NCBI GenBank assembly: GCA_963710425.1
Contig: CAVQAR010000020.1
Span: 105,941-169,940, forward strand
Source of the DNA: an uncultured delta proteobacterium
GTDB taxonomy: Bacteria; Desulfobacterota; Binatia; Binatales; Binataceae
Direction of reading: 5' to 3'
DNA length: 64,000 nucleotides
Positions 30,949 through 40,424 of the stretch are shown piece after piece. The notes beneath the pieces were generated by a model. It saw only the letters and a program-made list of their open reading frames with translations. It ran no database searches and had not been told where the DNA came from. Within the stretch, counting starts at the first letter, position 1. Every line of letters begins with the position of its first letter. The position numbers and the translations under genes were made by a program.

Positions 30949-31518
30949 ATGCCACCTGTGAAAGTAATGAGACTTCATCACCTGACGGCGCTGTCATTGC
31001 TCGGCTGGTGCTTGGTATTACCGGCGCCAACTAACGCGAATGCCGAGCCTCAGGTTTTGGCGCAAATCCGTATCGAAGGTAACCAGCGCATCGAAAAAGA
31101 CCCAATACTCATTCACATCCATCAGCAGGCGGGCCAGCCGCTCGATAAAAGCGTGGAAAGTTGGGATCTTCGGTCCATTTACGAAATGGGGTTTTTCAGT
31201 TCTGTCAATGCACATATCGTGTACATCAAGGGTCAACCAGTTCTGGTGTACACAGTCAGTGAACGACCCCAACTCATCGACGTGCGCGTCGAAGGTATGA
31301 AAGCGCTCTCACCCACGGATCCGCGAGTAGTCCAAGCGATCAAGATTCACGACGGATATATTCTCGACCCTATAGCCGTCCGCGAAACAATTGAGAATTT
31401 GAAAACCCTTTACAGGGACGAGGGGTATATCAATGCTCAGGTCACATTCGTTCCAGTCCCACGACCCAACAACACTGCGAACGCCATACTTAAAGTGACC
31501 GAAACACCGCAGCAGTAG
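30949..31518 (+). pseudogene. truncated BamA-like gene: POTRA1-POTRA2 only (189 aa), with no beta-barrel
   Basis: Signal peptide, then IRIEGNQRIEKDPILIHIHQQAGQPLD...LRSIYEMGFFSSV...YTVSERP, which is the BamA POTRA signature. The ORF stops after about 2 POTRA domains. Confidence 0.55.
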
Positions 31519-31555
31519 GGCAAAACAAATAGCCCTGACGCCGCATAGAAGCTTC

Positions 31556-31595
31556 TTCCCCCTCTCCAGAAGGGAGAGGGGTTAGGGGAGAGGTT
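31556..31595. repeat. REP-like hairpin CCCCCTCTCC-agaa-GGGAGAGGGG followed by TTAGGGGAGAGG
   Basis: Read directly. It forms a direct pair with 31787-31825, flanking a 190-bp non-coding segment. Confidence 0.6.
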
Positions 31596-31786
31596 GCCCG
31601 CGATTCGACGTTCGCTACGCAGGTTTCTCCACAAACCTCGCAATAAGTTCAGGGATGAACTGTTCAGCCTGCACGCGCCGCCTCCAACGTGCTATTTGTA
31701 TGCGATCTGCCATGGACAACACTCATAGATGTCCGCACACATCCAACGCACATTATCTTCGCCCGCATGACCCACATTTGGGGTTG

Positions 31787-31825
31787 TTCCCCTCTCCTGA
31801 AGGGAGAGGGGTTAGGGGAGAGGTT
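31787..31825. repeat. REP-like hairpin CCCCTCTCC-tgaa-GGGAGAGGGG followed by TTAGGGGAGAGG
   Basis: Near-identical to 31556-31595. Confidence 0.6.
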
Positions 31826-31974
31826 CCTGGCCACCGTGCGCAACGGCCTCAACTTGCCGAAAAAACCAATTTTGACGGAACGAAGCTACCGGTAGTGATC
31901 CCACCATCCCAAACCACTACTAATGGTATATTTTCCCATTCTGCATCCTCTGCGATGAGACTCAAGAACTCCCA

Positions 31975-33477
31975 ATGCCTCAACTAATACTCGCGATCGA
32001 CCAAGGAACGACTGGCACCACCGTGTTCGTCGTCGATGCGCGCGGGCGGATTCGCGGTCGCGCTTACGCCGAGATTCGGCAGTTCTATCCGAAGCCGGGA
32101 TGGGTCGAGCATGATCCCGAGGAAATCTACCGTTCGGTCGTCACGCTTTCGAAGAAAGCTATTTCGGCGGCGAAGGTGTCCGCATCGGCAATCGCGGGAA
32201 TCGGAATCACCAATCAGCGCGAGACGTTCGTGGTGTGGGATCGGCGCAGCGGACGGCCCGTGTATCGCGCGATCGTCTGGCAATGCCGCCGCAGTGCCGA
32301 TATCTGCGACGCGTTACGCGATCGCGAAGCCGAAGTTGCGCAGCATACGGGTCTGCTCATCGATCCGTATTTCTCCGGCACCAAGCTCAAGTGGCTGCTC
32401 GACAGTAAACCTGAACTTCGCGAGCGCGGTGCGCGCGGCGAGCTATGCTTCGGTAATATCGACGCCTGGCTCCTGTACAAATTATCGCGCGGCGCCGAGT
32501 TCGTGACCGATTACACCAACGCGTCGCGCACGATGATGTTCAACCTCGCGCGGCGCGAATGGGACGACGAGATGCTCGCGATGCTCGGGGTTCCGCGTGA
32601 GATGCTGCCGCGTGCCGTGGGTTCACGCGGTCCGATGGCCGAGGCGGCGGCCGGCACGATCGCGCCGCACGCGATTCCGATCGCGGCGGTGATCGGCGAT
32701 CAGCAATCTGCGCTGTACGGGCAGGGCGCGTTCGTCGCCGGCGATTCGAAAGCGACCTACGGCACCGGCGCATTCCTGCTGATGAACACCGGCGACAAAA
32801 TGGTGCCCTCGAAAAATCGATTGCTCACAACTTCCGCGCTCGGTCCCGCCGGCGAGCCTGCGTATGCGCTCGAGGGTTCGGTGTTTATTGCGGGCGCGGC
32901 CGTGCAATGGCTGCGCGACGGCCTCAAGTTGGTGCGCAAAGCCGCCGACACTTATGCCGAGGCGCGCGCCAGCGTCGCGAAAAATAAAGATCGCACGCAG
33001 CCTTACGTCGTGCCGGCCTTCGTCGGACTCGGCGCGCCGTATTGGGACGCCAACGCGCGCGGCGCGATCATGGGAATCACGCGCGGCACGACTCGCGCCG
33101 ATATCGTGCGCGCGACGCTCGACAGTATCGCCTACCAGGTGCGCGACGTGATCGTCGCGATGGAATCCGACACCGGGCATCCGATGAGCGAGTTGCGCGC
33201 CGACGGTGGCGCCACCGCGAATCGCTACCTGATGCAGTTCCAGGCGGATATCCTTGGCAAGCCGGTGCGCCGCGCAAAGATCGCTGGGACGACCGCAATG
33301 GGCGCGGCGATGCTCGCGGGGCTGGCCGTCGGAATCTGGAAGTCGCCGGACGAAATGCTCGCGCTTATCAAAGGAGCCGACGTCTTCAAACCGAAAATGC
33401 AAATCGCTGAGCGTGAACGATTGCTCGCCGGATGGCATGATGCGGTTACGCGCACACTCACGCGCCCGTCGAATTGA
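31975..33477 (+). CDS. glpK: glycerol kinase GlpK
   Basis: LILAIDQGTTGT...GWVEHDPEEI...FSGTKLKWLLD and a C-terminal actin-like ATPase fold. Full-length at 500 aa. Confidence 0.9.
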   Translation: MPQLILAIDQGTTGTTVFVVDARGRIRGRAYAEIRQFYPKPGWVEHDPEEIYRSVVTLSKKAISAAKVSASAIAGIGITNQRETFVVWDRRSGRPVYRAIVWQCRRSADICDALRDREAEVAQHTGLLIDPYFSGTKLKWLLDSKPELRERGARGELCFGNIDAWLLYKLSRGAEFVTDYTNASRTMMFNLARREWDDEMLAMLGVPREMLPRAVGSRGPMAEAAAGTIAPHAIPIAAVIGDQQSALYGQGAFVAGDSKATYGTGAFLLMNTGDKMVPSKNRLLTTSALGPAGEPAYALEGSVFIAGAAVQWLRDGLKLVRKAADTYAEARASVAKNKDRTQPYVVPAFVGLGAPYWDANARGAIMGITRGTTRADIVRATLDSIAYQVRDVIVAMESDTGHPMSELRADGGATANRYLMQFQADILGKPVRRAKIAGTTAMGAAMLAGLAVGIWKSPDEMLALIKGADVFKPKMQIAERERLLAGWHDAVTRTLTRPSN

Positions 33478-33495
33478 ATCGAGGAATCGAAAACC

Positions 33496-34134
33496 ATGCC
33501 TGAAAACGGAAAACCCTATGTCACCGCGCTCTACCCCGAGCAGCACGATCAGGCCGCCGACTCGCTCGGCCGCGCCTTCATCAACGACCCGACCTTCAAG
33601 GCGATAATTCCGGATATCACCGACCCGGTCGAGCGCGCGACGCATCTCGCGGACCTGTTCCGCGGGATGCTCGCGATCGAGCGCCGCGGTGGACAGCCAG
33701 TGTTCGGGATCATCGACGATAATGGACGCGTCGTCGCCGCCGCGTTGACGGAGGGCGTCGCGCATGCGGGCGCGCTCGGCATGATCACCACCGGACTCGG
33801 CCAGATGCCGCGGATGGTCCGCGCGATCGGAATGGGCGGGCTCTGGCGCGGGCTGAACCTGGTCAGCGTCCTCTCGGACAACCATCCCAAGGAGCCGCAT
33901 ATCTATCTGCAGGTGCTCGGCTGCGACCCGCCATTCCAGGGCAAAGGTTACGGCAAGGCACTGGTCGATCGGCTCGCGCTCGAAGCAAAGGCGCGTCCGG
34001 AAATAGCAGGCGTGTACCTCGAGACCATGACCGAAGCCAACGTCGCGTTCTACAGCTCCAGAGGCTACGAAATTCTAGGCGAGCTGTATCCGCTAGGCGT
34101 CAAAACCTGGCGAATGTATCAGCGCAAGCGGTAG
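33496..34134 (+). CDS. GNAT-family N-acetyltransferase
   Basis: Acetyl-CoA-binding motif QGKGYGKALV and GNAT topology. Confidence 0.55.
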   Translation: MPENGKPYVTALYPEQHDQAADSLGRAFINDPTFKAIIPDITDPVERATHLADLFRGMLAIERRGGQPVFGIIDDNGRVVAAALTEGVAHAGALGMITTGLGQMPRMVRAIGMGGLWRGLNLVSVLSDNHPKEPHIYLQVLGCDPPFQGKGYGKALVDRLALEAKARPEIAGVYLETMTEANVAFYSSRGYEILGELYPLGVKTWRMYQRKR

Positions 34135-34288
34135 GGAGAGATGGGAACGGTTGAATGTGAAACCCCCGGTGGGTTTCACACTTCCTTCGGCGGGGTGACC
34201 CCTGCACCCAGTGATAATCGCAAAATGGCGAGGACGCCATTTCGCTCTCAGGTTCTAGGGAGAGAGCGCTACTCCCTCTGCTTCTGTT

Positions 34289-34433
34289 CCCCCTTTCCGC
34301 GTCGGAAAGGGGGTGAGGGGGATAGGACGATGCGATTCCGACGAAACCTCCTGTTCCCGTGCTGTTGGGAAGGGGTTGCTCCCAATAATCCGGTTCCCCT
34401 TCCCGCGCGGGAAGGGGTTAGGGGTTAGGTTCT
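34289..34433. repeat. composite REP-like element (CCCCCTTTCC...GGAAAGGGGG hairpin plus the 70-nt unit shared with 18368-18436); probable bidirectional terminator between convergent genes
   Basis: Read directly. It lies between the GNAT gene's stop codon and the convergent minus-strand gene. Confidence 0.6.
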
Positions 34434-34434
34434 T

Positions 34435-34716
34435 CTACGCAGCAGTGCGTGGATGAATAGTAGTTACCCGCAATCCTTTGGAGGTCCACCCAACATCAAA
34501 CCCAACAATGTCGCCTTCGCGAATCAAATCGATTCCCGGCATCGTGCCGCCGATGCGCGCGCCCGCGACCGCCACGAACGGAAACTCAAACGGGATCTCT
34601 TTGCCGCTATGCGATCGCACTACGCCGCGGCCGCGCGCGCGGTCGAGCTTGAGAATCATCCCCTGGTAGAAATTTCCCGGAAAGCGCTCGCTGTCGAAAT
34701 CGTTTTCGTCCGCCAC
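34435..34716 (-). CDS. small cold-shock-domain-like (OB-fold) protein, hypothetical
   Basis: Its pattern GRGVVRSHSGKEIPFEFPFV...REGDIVGFDV...KGLRVTTI parallels CspA's GFGFI...VFVH...G..V.F....KG..A..V. Confidence 0.35.
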   Translation of the reverse strand: MADENDFDSERFPGNFYQGMILKLDRARGRGVVRSHSGKEIPFEFPFVAVAGARIGGTMPGIDLIREGDIVGFDVGWTSKGLRVTTIHPRTAA

Positions 34717-34727
34717 TACTTAGGAAG

Positions 34728-34943
34728 CTACGGCATCGACATGCAGGTCTGCAACTCGCCCAACGCCTTGTCGATGTATCCGATCGCGTTGGCCTTATGC
34801 CCGTGATAATCGCTCGCCGCCTGTGCCTGTAGCACGTAGCGCGCATGTTGCAGCTCGTTCATCGCTCGCGAGATTTCAGGATGGCCTGCCCGGAGGAGGT
34901 CCTCCGTAATAGCCAGGGCCTTCAGGCGCCGGACCGAACGCAT
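34728..34943 (-). CDS. small hypothetical protein (71 aa) immediately upstream of the CSD-like gene
   Basis: ORF only. It lies 12 bp upstream of the next gene on the same strand. Confidence 0.3.
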   Translation of the reverse strand: MRSVRRLKALAITEDLLRAGHPEISRAMNELQHARYVLQAQAASDYHGHKANAIGYIDKALGELQTCMSMP

Positions 34944-35208
34944 TGTTGGGATAACTTGGACTAGTCGTGCAAGCAGCGCAGGTCAGCAAGACGCCGAAGA
35001 TGACTCCCCTGGCGAAACATAATCCTTTGACCACAGCAACTTTCCTCCCCGGGAAACTGACTATCGATAGCTTTGCGGATGATCATCTATCGCGCGGCAA
35101 TCTACCACAGCGTCGAATCGAGCGCAGCGACAAAAATGGCGAAGCGTTTCAAATCGCGCGCAAAGCCGATAAATTCTTAAAGACCGGCTACGCGAGCGAC
35201 ATTCAAGA

Positions 35209-35998
35209 ATGGCGATAGTTGAAAGTCTGAAACCGGGCGAGACCGACACTGCGGCGGAGAAATCCGAAACGCTGGCGCTGCGCGGCGAACACTTGAGCAA
35301 GGTTTACGGCGGGCGCGCGGTGGTTGACGACGTCAACGTCGCCGTCAAGCCGGGCGAGGTGGTTGGATTCCTCGGTCCCAACGGCGCGGGCAAGACCACC
35401 ACCTTCTACATGCTGGTGGGACTGCTCAAGCCCGACAAGGGCCGCATCATGTTCAGCGGCGAGGACATCACGACCCTGCCGCTCTATCAGCGCGCGCGCC
35501 GCGGAATTTCCTATCTGCCGCAGGAGCCGAGCGTCTTCCGCAAGCTGACCGTCGAGCAGAATCTGATGGCGGTGCTCGAAACGCTGCCGCTCACCGAAGA
35601 GGAGCGTTACGCGCGCCTGCAAACGCTGCTCGACGAGCTTGGAATCTCGAAGCTGGCGAAGAGTAAGGCCGGCGTGCTGTCCGGTGGCGAGCGCCGACGC
35701 GTGGAAATCACGCGCGCGCTGGTGCTCGATCCGACCTACCTGTGCCTCGACGAGCCGTTCGCGGGAATCGATCCGATCACCGTCGTCGAGATACAGCGCG
35801 TCGTCGTCGTATCTGAAAGACCGCGGCATCGGCGTGCTGATGTCGGATCACAACGTGCACGCGACCTTGTCGATCATCGATCGCGCCTACATCATTCACT
35901 CGGGCAAGATTCTGTTCGAAGGCAAGCCGCGCGACATCGTCGCCAGCGACGCCGTGCGCCAGGTATTCCTCGGCGAGCGATTCAAGCTGGCGAGATAA
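35209..35998 (+). CDS. lptB: LPS export ABC transporter ATP-binding protein LptB; frameshift at about 35805 within a (GTC)n run
   Basis: Walker A (GPNGAGKTT), ABC signature (LSGGERRR), Walker B (LDEPFAGID). The C-terminus (YLKDRGIGVLMSDHNV...) continues in ORF 35639..35998. Confidence 0.85.
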
Positions 35999-36839
35999 TC
36001 AGAAAGGGACGCCGGACGCGCTGAATCCCGAATTTGGCATCGGCGGCGGATAGGTCGGATAGCCGTAGCCGCCGTAGCTCGGCGCGTAGCCGGAACCGAA
36101 TCCGCCGAAGCCCCCGCCGCCTCCGTAGCCTCCGCCGAAGCCGCCGCTGCCACCGCCGAGCGTCATACCGCCGCCCAGCAGCAGCGGGATTATCGTCGTC
36201 AGCATACTCGGCGGGGCGCTGTTGTATTGCTGATACTGCTGGAACTGCTGAAGCTGCTGGCCTTGAGCCGCGTAGGCCTGCGCGTCGGGCGGCAAGTTGT
36301 TCTGATAATCCTGGAGCGAACCGGAAGAGCGCGTACGGATCGGATGCCGTCCGACGGCATCGCATAGCCGGACGACGCTCCCTTAGCAGTCGAGCCTGAA
36401 GTGCCCGCGCTGCCGGCCAGTTCGGGACTGATCTTGATCCGGTTATCGACCACCAGCGACGAGTCCTTCAGATAGTGACGCGCCTTCTGCTCGGCGTCAG
36501 TCTTGCCAAAATCGCTCGCGACGAAACCGAACAGGATGACCTGCTTGCCGCCGCTCGGACTGGTCACGACCTGCGCGCCAACCAGCGGCAACGAATGATG
36601 CTTCAGATAATCGGAGAGACCCTGGCTCTGCGGCGAATCGATCGTACCGCCGGCGACAGTACCCGCGCTCGACGGCGGCGGCATCGAGCCGGAATCGTAG
36701 TTACTCGAGTTCCCGATCGACGACGCGTGGTTGGTGCTGATGCCGTTCGGGTTCTGTATCGGCGTCATGCACGCGGACAAACCCGCGAGAGCGACCGCCA
36801 GCCCGAAGCCCGCCAGGGCATTTGCGATACGACTCATAG
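35999..36839 (-). CDS. BON-domain lipoprotein with a Gly/Tyr-rich C-terminal tail; frameshift in the 36199-36295 overlap
   Basis: Signal peptide and lipobox (LAGLSAC), BON-like segment (VILFGFVASDFGKTDAEQKARHYLKDSSLVVDNRIKI), then GGGYGGGGGFGG in ORF 35999..36295. Confidence 0.5.
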
Positions 36840-37002
36840 GTCGAAGTATAGTCCTGTCCCACTCCCCTAACAATTCGACGAATTTTGGGCGATTTCGTTT
36901 CATTTCGCGAGAACGCTTCGCGTTGCGAGAATGCATTACTCATTCTGCGAGAGGGGGCGCGTCAAATCTAGGCTTTTCGATGGCACGCTCGGTGCAACCT
37001 AC

Positions 37003-37521
37003 ATGACGATGGTACTCAACAAGGAAAACGGGGATCAACTCAATCAAAAGCGCGATACGGCGGAGGTCGAAGCGGCGCTTGCGAGATTGACCAACGAAGA
37101 CTCAAAGCTGGGTGAACGTTTGATCAATGCGGCCGTCGCCGGTGCGGTGGTCGCGCGTCAGCCCGCCGATCCAATGTTGCGAGCCGAAGCGGCCGCAGCG
37201 TGGAACTCGATTAAGCCAGTCATCTCCGAACACCTTAGTTGCCAGAAAGATATCGTGCTCCCGTGGTTGGAGTCGCGAAAGAATTTTCCACCCGACCTAA
37301 TACTGCGCGCCCGCGAGCAGCGCGCCCGTCTGTGCGGCCTGGTGAAAACGATCGACGCATTTTCGTTCATCACGGGGACGGACGAGGAAGTCGCGAAGGC
37401 CGGAACCGCGCTGACCGCATTCGCGGTATGTCTCGACGATCTGATCGACTGTGAAGAACGCGACCTGTTCCCAATGATCCAGCGCAGCCTGTTCGGAGAA
37501 TCCAGCGGCGCCGGCGCATGA
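37003..37521 (+). CDS. hypothetical protein, possibly with a hemerythrin-like (HHE) domain
   Basis: Two H..E/EE..LFP-type segments (ISEHLSCQKDIVLPWLE; LIDCEERDLFPMIQ). Weak support. Confidence 0.3.
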   Translation: MTMVLNKENGDQLNQKRDTAEVEAALARLTNEDSKLGERLINAAVAGAVVARQPADPMLRAEAAAAWNSIKPVISEHLSCQKDIVLPWLESRKNFPPDLILRAREQRARLCGLVKTIDAFSFITGTDEEVAKAGTALTAFAVCLDDLIDCEERDLFPMIQRSLFGESSGAGA

Positions 37522-37548
37522 CGTTCCGCACTCTGTTCTGTCTCGGAA

Positions 37549-37582
37549 CCTGACCCCTAACCCCTTCCCTCGAGGGAAGGGG
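37549..37582. repeat. REP-like hairpin in reverse orientation (CCTAACCCCTAA-CCCCTTCCC-tcga-GGGAAGGGG)
   Basis: Reverse complement of the CCCCTTCCC...GGGAAGGGGTTAGGGGTTAGG family. Confidence 0.6.
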
Positions 37583-37598
37583 AACAATCGTGTGTTAG

Positions 37599-38402
37599 TT
37601 ACTTCGCGTAGCCTACCTCTACCAGGAAATCGCGGACGAGCTGATTGAAGACCGCGGCGTTTTCGAAATAGATCGAGTGACCGCTGCCGGGAACCGTGCG
37701 CATCCGCGAGTTGGGCAGCGCAGCCGCGAGCGCCTTGACGATAGCCGGCCTGATCAGCGTGTCCTCCTCGCCAACCATGCACAGTATCGGCATCGTGAGG
37801 CGACTCTTCACCGCGGCAAGATCGTAGCGCTGGCTGATTATCCGCATGCCCGCGTCGGCGGGAGGGCGCGCGCCCAGATTGCGAACTTCGTCGTACAAAA
37901 ACGCCATCTCGGGATGCTTGGTGAAATAGTCGGCGGCATAGGTCGGCAAGGATCCGATCGGCGGGGACGGATCGACCGGTAACGGCGCACGCGGCGCTTC
38001 GAATTTCATCTCGGGCGTGAAGATTCCGCCCGGCGTGTCCGCCATCACCATCGCGGCGACGCGCTCCGGATGCTCGAGCGCATAGCCGACGATCGTCCAT
38101 CCGCCCATCGATTGCCCGATCAAAACCGCTTTGTCGATCTTCAGATGGTCGAGCAGCGCCGCGAGATCGCTCGAATGCGCGCGATTGAACACGCCGTCGG
38201 GATCGGGTGACAGCCCGAAGCCGCGCTGGTCAACGATGACGCATTCAAACGAGCGCATGAAGTAGGGGACCTGCTGCCACCATGAAAGATGATTGCCGCC
38301 GAGCCCGTGAAGAAAAACAATCGGCGCGCCCGCACCGACGCGCTCATAGTAAAGCGAGAACTTCCCGATCTCCAATCTGCCGGGCGTGATTCGATATTCC
38401 AT
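37599..38402 (-). CDS. alpha/beta-fold hydrolase
   Basis: HGLGGN oxyanion region, nucleophile elbow GQSMGG, and a C-terminal His. The ORF track extends to 38483; MEYRIT was taken as the start. Confidence 0.7.
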   Translation of the reverse strand: MEYRITPGRLEIGKFSLYYERVGAGAPIVFLHGLGGNHLSWWQQVPYFMRSFECVIVDQRGFGLSPDPDGVFNRAHSSDLAALLDHLKIDKAVLIGQSMGGWTIVGYALEHPERVAAMVMADTPGGIFTPEMKFEAPRAPLPVDPSPPIGSLPTYAADYFTKHPEMAFLYDEVRNLGARPPADAGMRIISQRYDLAAVKSRLTMPILCMVGEEDTLIRPAIVKALAAALPNSRMRTVPGSGHSIYFENAAVFNQLVRDFLVEVGYAK

Positions 38403-38510
38403 TGGCGATTCTCCGTGATGCGCGTCCTTGACTGCCATACTGTTGTTATGTGAGATACATACTGTTGGTATGTAATTCCACAACGGCTCGCGTGTAACAG
38501 GAGGCTAGCA

Positions 38511-39371
38511 ATGAAAGCAGCAGAGTTCCATCAGGCGCGTAAATTCGCGGACACCACCTTCGGCCGAATCGCTTATGTGGAAAAGGGTAGCGGCCCTCCG
38601 GCGCTGTTTATCCACGGCTTCCCGGTCAATGGCTTCGCGTGGCGTGACGTGCTTGACGATCTCGCGCCGGCGCGGCGATGTATCGCGCCCGATCTCATGG
38701 GCCTCGGCTACACCGAGATCAAGGCGGACCAGGACCTCGGCTTCGACCAGCAGGCCGCGATGATTGCCGGATTTCTGGATCGGCTGGGACTGTCGCAGGT
38801 CGATCTGGTCGGCAACGATAGCGGCGCAAGCATCAGCCAGGTCTTCGCGGCGCGATATCCGTCGCGGCTGCGCAGCCTCACTCTTACCAACTGCGAAGTT
38901 CACGACCTATGGCCGAACGCGATGCTCAAGGCGGCGTTCGATCAGTTTGCGGACCCGTCAATCGTGATGGGAATCAAGACGATGGTCAACGCGCCTGCGG
39001 TCGCGCGCCAGGCGTTCGGGTCGGTTTACGAAGATGCGGAGCGAATCCCCGACGAGGCGTTCAAGACCTATTTCGAGCCGCTGGTTTCGTCGGAAGAGCG
39101 GAGCAACAGCATGCGGCGTTTTCTGAGTCTCGGCAATTTGAAGGTGCTGACCTCGATTGCGCCGCAATTGCGCGAGCTCAAGGTGCCGACGTTGATCGTG
39201 TGGGGCGAGGCCGACACCGCCTTCGACCTGAAATCGCCGGAGTGGCTCAAGGACAACCTCGGCAGCGTGCGCCGCCTGATCATGGTGCCGCGCGCGAAGC
39301 TGTTCTTCCCCGAGGAGCATCCCAAACTGATGAGCGTCCTGCTGCAGGAATTCTGGCGCAGTATCAGCTGA
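38511..39371 (+). CDS. alpha/beta-fold hydrolase (haloalkane-dehalogenase/epoxide-hydrolase-like)
   Basis: HGFPVNGFAWR, the nucleophile motif GNDSGA, and a catalytic His near the C-terminus. Confidence 0.7.
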   Translation: MKAAEFHQARKFADTTFGRIAYVEKGSGPPALFIHGFPVNGFAWRDVLDDLAPARRCIAPDLMGLGYTEIKADQDLGFDQQAAMIAGFLDRLGLSQVDLVGNDSGASISQVFAARYPSRLRSLTLTNCEVHDLWPNAMLKAAFDQFADPSIVMGIKTMVNAPAVARQAFGSVYEDAERIPDEAFKTYFEPLVSSEERSNSMRRFLSLGNLKVLTSIAPQLRELKVPTLIVWGEADTAFDLKSPEWLKDNLGSVRRLIMVPRAKLFFPEEHPKLMSVLLQEFWRSIS

Positions 39372-39450
39372 GAAATAAAAAACGGCGGCCTGTTGAGGAG
39401 CGATCGATGCTCCTCGATAGCCGCCGCGATTGCCGTAAGCTTAATCGAAT

Positions 39451-40107
39451 CTAGCGGAGGCGCTGGCCCGGTCGAACTTTGAAGCGGCGCGAGTCTCGTT
39501 GCGTCTTGAGATAAACCACGATGGCGACCGCCGCCACGAACATCACTTCCCAGAACAGCAGAGTGTTGAGGTGATCGAACCGGTCGTACCACACATTCGA
39601 TGAGGAGGCCTCCGGGGTGACCGATGTGCCCACGGCAGTCATAAAGTTGTCGCGCCAGCGGGACATCACCAGCAGGCCGTTCCACACCAAACCGGCTACC
39701 AGCACCACCACCCAGAACAGCACGCCGATTCGCTCCGGAATCCGGCGGCGCACGATGGTGTCAAGCGAACCTGGCTCGGGGCTGATGGTCGGCGCCAGGC
39801 GAGTCGCAATATTGCGAAGGTCCGGGACGGGATCTTCATTCCCGGACTCAGTTATCTCGGGAGGCTTGGGGAAAAGCGTCCTATGATCGATAGTCGCGCT
39901 GCTCGCCTCGCGAATCTGGCGCAGGATGAAAAGCATGTCCTGCTTGCAGGTCAAAGTTCCCAATAGCGCGCATCTGGACAGCGCTTCGAGCTCCTGAGGG
40001 GTAATGCTGAGCCGCGCGATCAGTTCATGATCGTTGCGAATCTGATCGAGGATCGCGCGCTCCGTCTGTGGAGTTAAATCCGGACTGCCCTTTATTTCGA
40101 CTTTCAT
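39451..40107 (-). CDS. hypothetical membrane protein, divergent from the hhyS2-kinase operon
   Basis: ORF with two TM helices in the C-terminal half. Confidence 0.4.
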   Translation of the reverse strand: MKVEIKGSPDLTPQTERAILDQIRNDHELIARLSITPQELEALSRCALLGTLTCKQDMLFILRQIREASSATIDHRTLFPKPPEITESGNEDPVPDLRNIATRLAPTISPEPGSLDTIVRRRIPERIGVLFWVVVLVAGLVWNGLLVMSRWRDNFMTAVGTSVTPEASSSNVWYDRFDHLNTLLFWEVMFVAAVAIVVYLKTQRDSRRFKVRPGQRLR

Positions 40108-40243
40108 AGAGACGGATTTTGACGCCGAACACGGCTCAAAGCAAGACTAAAGAAGACGTGAGCTATATAGGATGTTAAAACATAAGTTAGAGACGCGATA
40201 AGCCGCAATAGATTAAGCATATAGTAAGAATTACCTACATCGG

Positions 40244-40300
40244 GTAGCGAAGGTGTAGCGAAGGTCTACTTATGGTAGCGATTCTGTAGCGAACATCTAC
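40244..40300 (+). promoter_or_regulatory. four 11-bp direct repeats GTAGCGA(A/T)NNT (GTAGCGAAGGT x2, GTAGCGATTCT, GTAGCGAACAT) in an AT-rich promoter region
   Basis: Read directly. About 125 bp upstream of the hhyS2 start. The 11-bp period puts successive repeats on one helix face. Confidence 0.45.
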
Positions 40301-40424
40301 TTTTCGTATGACCAGGGTGACGCCTCTAGTCAGCATCCCGGGATCGCCTGAGTCCCTATCAAGATGCGGCGAGTTGTTGTAATAGGGGAGGGCGCTGGGC
40401 TCTACTGGCGATGACAAAAGCGTC

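Noticed and set aside
34435-34943. The adjacent 71-aa and 93-aa genes as a toxin-antitoxin pair
   Set aside because: The arrangement is suggestive (small upstream gene, 12-bp spacing). But the downstream protein looks like a cold-shock/OB-fold domain, and neither shows RHH/PIN/RelE-type motifs. Support is insufficient.
8335-37582. TTAGGG units in the repeat tails resembling eukaryotic telomeric repeats
   Set aside because: Only 1-2 units occur per locus, embedded in a hairpin-associated bacterial REP-like element. This is coincidental similarity, not a telomeric array.
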